IMG/VR virus record: IMGVR_UViG_3300031669_000019
Direction: 5' to 3' (one strand)
Length of the DNA stretch: 20,000 bases
From: an uncultured virus (IMG/VR IMGVR_UViG_3300031669_000019)
Lineage: Duplodnaviria; Heunggongvirae; Uroviricota; Caudoviricetes
Position 1 is the first letter of the stretch, and each line of letters starts with the position of its first letter. This document shows positions 15,591 through 20,000 of the stretch, piece by piece. The notes under the pieces were generated by a model. It saw nothing but the letters and a program-made list of their open reading frames with translations, did no database searches and had not been told where the DNA came from. A program made the translations under genes and the position numbers.

Positions 15591-15902
15591 ATGAGTGAAC
15601 TACCGTACACAAAACAAATTTTATTTATATCAGGAAAAGAAAAAGATGCGTTTGCTTTTTGGCTACTGCTTCGCCAAACGCTTCGCCCGATCCATCAATA
15701 TACATTGTGCAAAGCCATAGAAAAAGAAATAGTGAACGAAAAAATATGGCAAGATATAGAAAAAATAAAGTTGATATTGAATAAGTATTTTATATTAAAA
15801 ACAAGCAAAGAAAAATCTATAATAATAGTGAAGAAGAATCTTTCTGAAGATGAACGGAAAAAACGCAGCGATAGAATAAAATTGCTGCATAAAAAGGAGT
15901 AA
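15591..15902 (+). CDS. Hypothetical protein
   Basis: 103 aa, immediately after the sigma-like gene. Confidence 0.6.
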   Translation: MSELPYTKQILFISGKEKDAFAFWLLLRQTLRPIHQYTLCKAIEKEIVNEKIWQDIEKIKLILNKYFILKTSKEKSIIIVKKNLSEDERKKRSDRIKLLHKKE

Positions 15903-15905
15903 ATT

Positions 15906-16070
15906 ATGAAGATAAAACCAGAAGAATGGGAATTAGCCATACACTATGATATTGGGTACGATATATATGAAGTTACTTTATGGAATAAACTGACTGCTGA
16001 AATGAGAACAAAAAGATATTCGCCTGAAACGATGATGAGAAAAATATTCAAAGATCATGTAACATTCTAA
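15906..16070 (+). CDS. Small hypothetical protein (54 aa)
   Basis: Manual translation MKIKPEEWELAIHYDIGYDIYEVTLWNK...; RBS AAGGAG. Confidence 0.6.
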   Translation: MKIKPEEWELAIHYDIGYDIYEVTLWNKLTAEMRTKRYSPETMMRKIFKDHVTF

Positions 16071-16121
16071 AATCGTTTTCTATAATATCTATGTATCTAT
16101 TTTAATTTTAAGGAGCATTTT

Positions 16122-16964
16122 ATGTGCGATTTCGTATCATGGATTTCTGTTGGTAGGAAACTCTATTGGCTTGAGGATGACATGATCGAAGCCAAAGGTT
16201 GGGATTTTGAAAATTCCATCGGGCATTCCGCCATAGAAAAATATTATGGTATTACTGGAATACATAAAGAGGGTTGGAGAAAAATACCAATTCAAATTGC
16301 AAGAAGCGTAAATTCTGGCCACATGGATAAAATGGCTAAATCTTATGGATTAGCCGGGGTACGCTATAATAATAAAGGATCTATAAATAGTCCTTGGTGG
16401 TTGAATGCACGAAAATTCATCAATAGTATAAAAGATGTAAAATGGTTTGATAATCATGGTGCGATAAAAGAAAATTGGAAAGTTTTTGATACTTATTCAG
16501 CCGCAAGGTCAGCCACAAGGTCAGCCACAAGGTCAGTCGCATGGTCAGCCGCAAGGTCAGCCACAGAGTCAGCCGCAAGGTCAGCCACATGGTCAGCCAC
16601 AAGGTCAGTCGCATGGTCAGCCGCAAGGTCAGCCGCAGAGTCAGCCGCAGAGTCAGCCGCATGGTCAGCCGCAAGGTTAGCCACATGGTCAGCCGCATGG
16701 TCAGCCACAAGGTCAGCCGCATGGTCAGCCACAAGGTCAGCCGCAGAGTCAGCCACAAGGTCAGCCACAGAGTCAGCCGCATGGTCAGCCACAGAGTCAG
16801 CCACAGAGTCAGCCGCATGGTCAGCCGCATGGTCAGCCGCAGCTATAATATCTGAGGATAAAACAGCTATAGATTTCTTTATGCATGTATGGGAAATATG
16901 GAAATCGGGTTATGGATATATGTGGGATAAAGACGGTATTTTTTACGTTTATAAAAGTTTTTAA
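16122..16964 (+). CDS. Phage-type protein with S-A-(A/T)-(W/R/E) tetrapeptide repeats
   Basis: RBS AAGGAG, promoter motif at 16077-16094, unique N- and C-terminal domains flanking the repeats. Confidence 0.8.
   Translation: MCDFVSWISVGRKLYWLEDDMIEAKGWDFENSIGHSAIEKYYGITGIHKEGWRKIPIQIARSVNSGHMDKMAKSYGLAGVRYNNKGSINSPWWLNARKFINSIKDVKWFDNHGAIKENWKVFDTYSAARSATRSATRSVAWSAARSATESAARSATWSATRSVAWSAARSAAESAAESAAWSAARLATWSAAWSATRSAAWSATRSAAESATRSATESAAWSATESATESAAWSAAWSAAAIISEDKTAIDFFMHVWEIWKSGYGYMWDKDGIFYVYKSF
16497..16844 (+). repeat. Coding tandem repeat, 29 x 12 nt (TCAGCCRCA-AGG/TGG/GAG)
   Basis: Counted from the translation SAAR SATR ... SAAA. Confidence 0.95.
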
Positions 16965-16982
16965 TTTCAATAGGAGGAAATA

Positions 16983-17339
16983 ATGGCTGATGTTCGTGAA
17001 GAATTTACTCATCGGGTATACGGTTACATTCCTGAAGCCGTATTCTATGAAATGCTGAACGAAGCAAAGCGCGAAAGGATTTTTACCAACGAAGAAGGGC
17101 GCGTGGATATTGGCGCGCTGGTATCAGAATTGGTGACACGCTTCTCAGAAGGTCGCATACGAGTCGTACCACTACCACCGATAGTGAAGAAGGAAGTGGC
17201 CCCGGTAGAAACGCCGGGAGATATGGCCGCCCTGGAATCTGAAAAGCAAGAAGCCCAGCCAGAAACGGATGTGGATATTGGAGTTGAACCAACTCCCGTA
17301 GAAAAGCCAACCGGAAAGGGCAAGGGTAAAAAATCGTAA
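16983..17339 (+). CDS. Hypothetical protein, possible ribbon-helix-helix-like N-terminus with a disordered tail
   Basis: RBS AGGAGG; acidic/Pro-rich C-terminus. Confidence 0.7.
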   Translation: MADVREEFTHRVYGYIPEAVFYEMLNEAKRERIFTNEEGRVDIGALVSELVTRFSEGRIRVVPLPPIVKKEVAPVETPGDMAALESEKQEAQPETDVDIGVEPTPVEKPTGKGKGKKS

Positions 17340-17346
17340 AAATAAA

Positions 17347-17362
17347 TCTATAATATATATGT
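17347..17362 (+). promoter_or_regulatory. Conserved promoter -10 motif TCTATAATATATATGT
   Basis: Same motif as at 9801 and 11364 (minus strand) and 16077 (plus strand, one mismatch). Confidence 0.65.
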
Positions 17363-17373
17363 AAGGTATTTAG

Positions 17374-17458
17374 GGCGGGAACGGATGAGCACCCGGTAAC
17401 ACGGTTACGGGCTTCGGAAGGCGTTAAGCCTTTTGCTTCTCGCGTTCCTGCCATTTTT
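17374..17458 (+). ncRNA. GC-rich three-way-junction RNA candidate upstream of the primase
   Basis: Closing stem GGCGGGAACG/CGTTCCTGCC, inner hairpins GTAAC-ACG-GTTAC and AAGGC-GTTAA-GCCTT, then a T-run; starts just after a promoter motif. Confidence 0.55.
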
Positions 17459-17472
17459 ATTATAAGGATTAT

Positions 17473-18375
17473 ATGCAAATCGATTTTTTACAATTCTGTA
17501 AAGACTATAATATTGATTACCAATTAGTTACTGATGGTTGGGTTAATATAAATTGTCCTTATCATAGTAATGGTGATCGTGGCTATAAAGGCGGCTTGAA
17601 TATTTATGGCGGATATTTTAATTGCTGGGCTTGTGGTGGTCATAATGTAAATGCCGTTATAATGGAACTATTGGGAATTCAATATCACGAAGTTGAAAAT
17701 GTTTTAGCTCCTTATATAAATCAAATATCTTTACGAAAACAATTAAATAAGAAAATAAGCGCAGTAAATAAAATATCTTTGCCAATAGATACTTTAGATG
17801 ATCATTGCAAGCGTTATTTAATAAAGCGGAATTATGATCCTGAATTGATAGAGAAAAAATATAAAGTAACCGGTGCAACATTGATGGGTGCTTGGGCGGG
17901 TCGATTGATAGTACCTATTTATTACAATAAAAAATTGGTTTCTTTTCAAGGGCGCAGTTTATATTCAAAAGCAAAATGTAAAGAATTAAATATATTGCGA
18001 TATAAAACGTTAGAGCCAGCATTATCGGTTATCGACCCTAAAACTATTTTATATAATTTAGATAACTGCACTAAAAATTATGGAGCATTATTTGAAGGTG
18101 CTTTTGACGTTTGGCGATTCGGGGATAATTGTATGGCAACGCTAGGAACGTCAACGACGCCGGAACAGCATATACTTTTAGCCGAAAGATTTAAAAAACT
18201 ATTTATTATTTTTGACCCAGAAAAAGAAGCTCAGGAAAGGGCAGAAAAATTGGCTAGACAAGTTTCCGCTCTAGGCGGAATAAATGTGGAAGTAATTAAT
18301 ACCGAATTAAAACATGATCCAGGCGCGATGAGTGAAAAGGAAGTCAATGATATTAAAAAGGAATTGAGGTTATGA
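17473..18375 (+). CDS. DNA primase (zinc-binding domain plus TOPRIM)
   Basis: CPYH...CWAC zinc finger, RLIVPIY, FQGR, EGAFDV, IIFDPE TOPRIM motifs. Confidence 0.88.
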   Translation: MQIDFLQFCKDYNIDYQLVTDGWVNINCPYHSNGDRGYKGGLNIYGGYFNCWACGGHNVNAVIMELLGIQYHEVENVLAPYINQISLRKQLNKKISAVNKISLPIDTLDDHCKRYLIKRNYDPELIEKKYKVTGATLMGAWAGRLIVPIYYNKKLVSFQGRSLYSKAKCKELNILRYKTLEPALSVIDPKTILYNLDNCTKNYGALFEGAFDVWRFGDNCMATLGTSTTPEQHILLAERFKKLFIIFDPEKEAQERAEKLARQVSALGGINVEVINTELKHDPGAMSEKEVNDIKKELRL

Positions 18376-18481
18376 TGAAAAATATAATACAAACGCATGA
18401 AAATATTTGCACTATAATATTTATGATATTTGTTAAAAATAAATTTTTACCTTTAATGCATATAATAGAGGTTAATTTAAA

Positions 18482-19261
18482 TTGAATAAATATAATAAAA
18501 CTATAATTGGAAATTCTACATTATATTTAGGCGATTGTCTGGAAGTTATGAAAATAATTCCCGATAAAAGTATTGATATGATTTTATGTGATTTGCCGTA
18601 TGGGACTACACAAAATAAATGGGATTGCCCTATAAATTTACAATTACTATGGAAAACTTATAAAAGAATAGCTACAGATAACTGCGCAATTATTTTATTT
18701 GCGCAAACCCCTTTTGATAAAATTTTAGGTTGTTCTAATATAAAAATGTTAAAATATGAATTTATTTGGGATAAAGTTTTAGGAACGGGTCATTTAAACG
18801 CTAAAAGTATGCCATTAAAAAACCATGAAAATATATTAGTTTTTTATAAAAAGCAACCAATATATAATCCACAGATGAGAAAAGGTCAGCCATATACGTG
18901 TGCTAGTGGAAAAGGTAGCGCAAATTATGGTGATCAAAAAAGTACAGTAACTATAAATAGTGGTGATAGATTTCCATTATCAATTATAAAATTTAAAAGG
19001 GATAAAGAAAAAGCGCATACTACTCAAAAACCAGTTGCTTTATTAGAGTATTTAATTAAAACTTATACTAATAAAGACACTATTATTTTAGATAATTGTA
19101 TGGGATCAGGCTCAACTGGAATAGCCGCTAATTATATAGATCGCAATTTTATAGGAATAGAAAAAGATATAGATATTTTTAATGTGGCGGTTCAACGCAT
19201 AAAAAATCCTAAAAACTTTATTAAACCAAATAAAATAAAAGATAGTTTATTTAATGAATAA
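18482..19261 (+). CDS. Site-specific DNA methyltransferase (N6A/N4C, beta class), orphan
   Basis: GDCLE, DLPYG catalytic motif, HTTQKPVALLEYLI, DNCMGSGSTG SAM-binding motif. Confidence 0.92.
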   Translation: MNKYNKTIIGNSTLYLGDCLEVMKIIPDKSIDMILCDLPYGTTQNKWDCPINLQLLWKTYKRIATDNCAIILFAQTPFDKILGCSNIKMLKYEFIWDKVLGTGHLNAKSMPLKNHENILVFYKKQPIYNPQMRKGQPYTCASGKGSANYGDQKSTVTINSGDRFPLSIIKFKRDKEKAHTTQKPVALLEYLIKTYTNKDTIILDNCMGSGSTGIAANYIDRNFIGIEKDIDIFNVAVQRIKNPKNFIKPNKIKDSLFNE

Positions 19262-20000
19262 ATTATTAAAATTCCAAAAGGAAGCTATACAATTTATTGA
19301 CTCCAAACGTCCCCCGGTAAAAGCCGGGTATGGAATAATTGGTGACGAGTGCGGGCTAGGAAAAACTATAGATACTATTATGCTTTCTTATATTCATTTA
19401 GACGAAGGAAGTTTTTTAATTGTTTGCACGGCTTCGATGAAATTAAAATGGGCACGAGAAATAAAAAAGTGGACCGGGGAAGAAGCCTATATTATTTATG
19501 GAGAAAAAACAAACGAGTTGCCGGAAGCAAAATTTTATATTATTAATTATCATATTTTAGGTAAAGAAAATAGTTTGGATCGACAAGCCGAAACCGTACA
19601 TAAAAATATGTTTAAAAAATTAGAGCGCAAAAGGGAATTAGCTTGCTATGCCAATAAAGAAAAATTCAAGAAATCTAAATACAAACCATTTACAATCAGA
19701 CTTGAAGGTTGGATTGATGAATTGAGCAAAGCGCATATTATCGGGATTTTTCCTGACGAAGCACACAGGCTTGCCAATGACCAGGCGATTTGGACTAAAT
19801 GTTTTATCACATTATTTGATTCGATAAAGCCGAAAATATTTGTTCCGTTATCGGGAACCATTACGCGAAAGCGGACAAGGAATCTTTTTACTATTTTAAA
19901 TTTAACCGCGCCTGCAATATTCAACAATAAATATCGGTTTTTATATCGGTATTGCGATCCGGTAAAAACGCCATTTGGATGGAACTGGGACGGGTCAAGC
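19254..20000 (+). CDS. SNF2-family helicase/ATPase, 5' part, runs off window
   Basis: Not in the ORF track. Manual translation MNKLLKFQKEAIQFI...GDECGLGKTI (Walker A), in-frame DEAH at 19755, then LSGT (motif III). Confidence 0.88.
   Translation, partial: MNKLLKFQKEAIQFIDSKRPPVKAGYGIIGDECGLGKTIDTIMLSYIHLDEGSFLIVCTASMKLKWAREIKKWTGEEAYIIYGEKTNELPEAKFYIINYHILGKENSLDRQAETVHKNMFKKLERKRELACYANKEKFKKSKYKPFTIRLEGWIDELSKAHIIGIFPDEAHRLANDQAIWTKCFITLFDSIKPKIFVPLSGTITRKRTRNLFTILNLTAPAIFNNKYRFLYRYCDPVKTPFGWNWDGSS

Noticed and set aside
15741..15773. Possible self-target of the 58-nt array B unit under a gapped reading (AAA ATA TGG CAA GAT ATA)
   Set aside because: Five of the first six dinucleotides match but the rest do not; compatible with chance in AT-rich DNA. 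My search by eye was not exhaustive.
16497..16844. CRISPR array or DGR template/variable repeat
   Set aside because: It is an in-frame coding tandem repeat with no spacers, and there is no reverse transcriptase in the window.
16420..16855. Alternative-frame and antisense ORFs over the 12-nt repeat
   Set aside because: By-products of a stop-free tandem repeat; only 16122-16964 has an RBS and unique flanking domains.
17374..17458. tRNA gene
   Set aside because: No properly placed TTCRA T-loop, no 7-nt anticodon loop and no four-arm cloverleaf.
18482..19261. Restriction-modification system
   Set aside because: No adjacent endonuclease; flanked by primase and helicase, consistent with an orphan phage methylase.
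19349..19927. ORFs 19349-19546 (+) and 19646-19927 (-)
   Set aside because: They overlap the SNF2 helicase frame that starts at 19254.

Overview
AT-rich, gene-dense fragment that looks like a bacteriophage or prophage genome, with two divergent arms meeting at about 11.3-11.8 kb. The leftward (minus-strand) arm carries a self-contained unit at 9840-11381: promoter, RAMP/Cas7-like gene, array of (GGY-NN)n pentamer units, accessory gene, second array, terminator. No cas1/cas2 or classical CRISPR repeats are present. Further left are an SbcC/Rad50-like ATPase split into two genes around an SbcD/Mre11-like nuclease, a sugar ABC importer without an ATPase, a NeuA/PseF-like cytidylyltransferase and a partial Maf/DUF115-like gene. 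The rightward (plus-strand) arm encodes a replication-initiator-like protein with a structured leader, small genes, a type I hammerhead ribozyme, a sigma-like factor, a tetrapeptide-repeat protein, a structured ncRNA candidate, a primase, a DNA methyltransferase and a partial SNF2 helicase. The top candidate for a novel system is the RAMP plus GGY-NN array locus, a putative non-CRISPR RNA-guided system. All family assignments are by eye from motifs; no searches were run.
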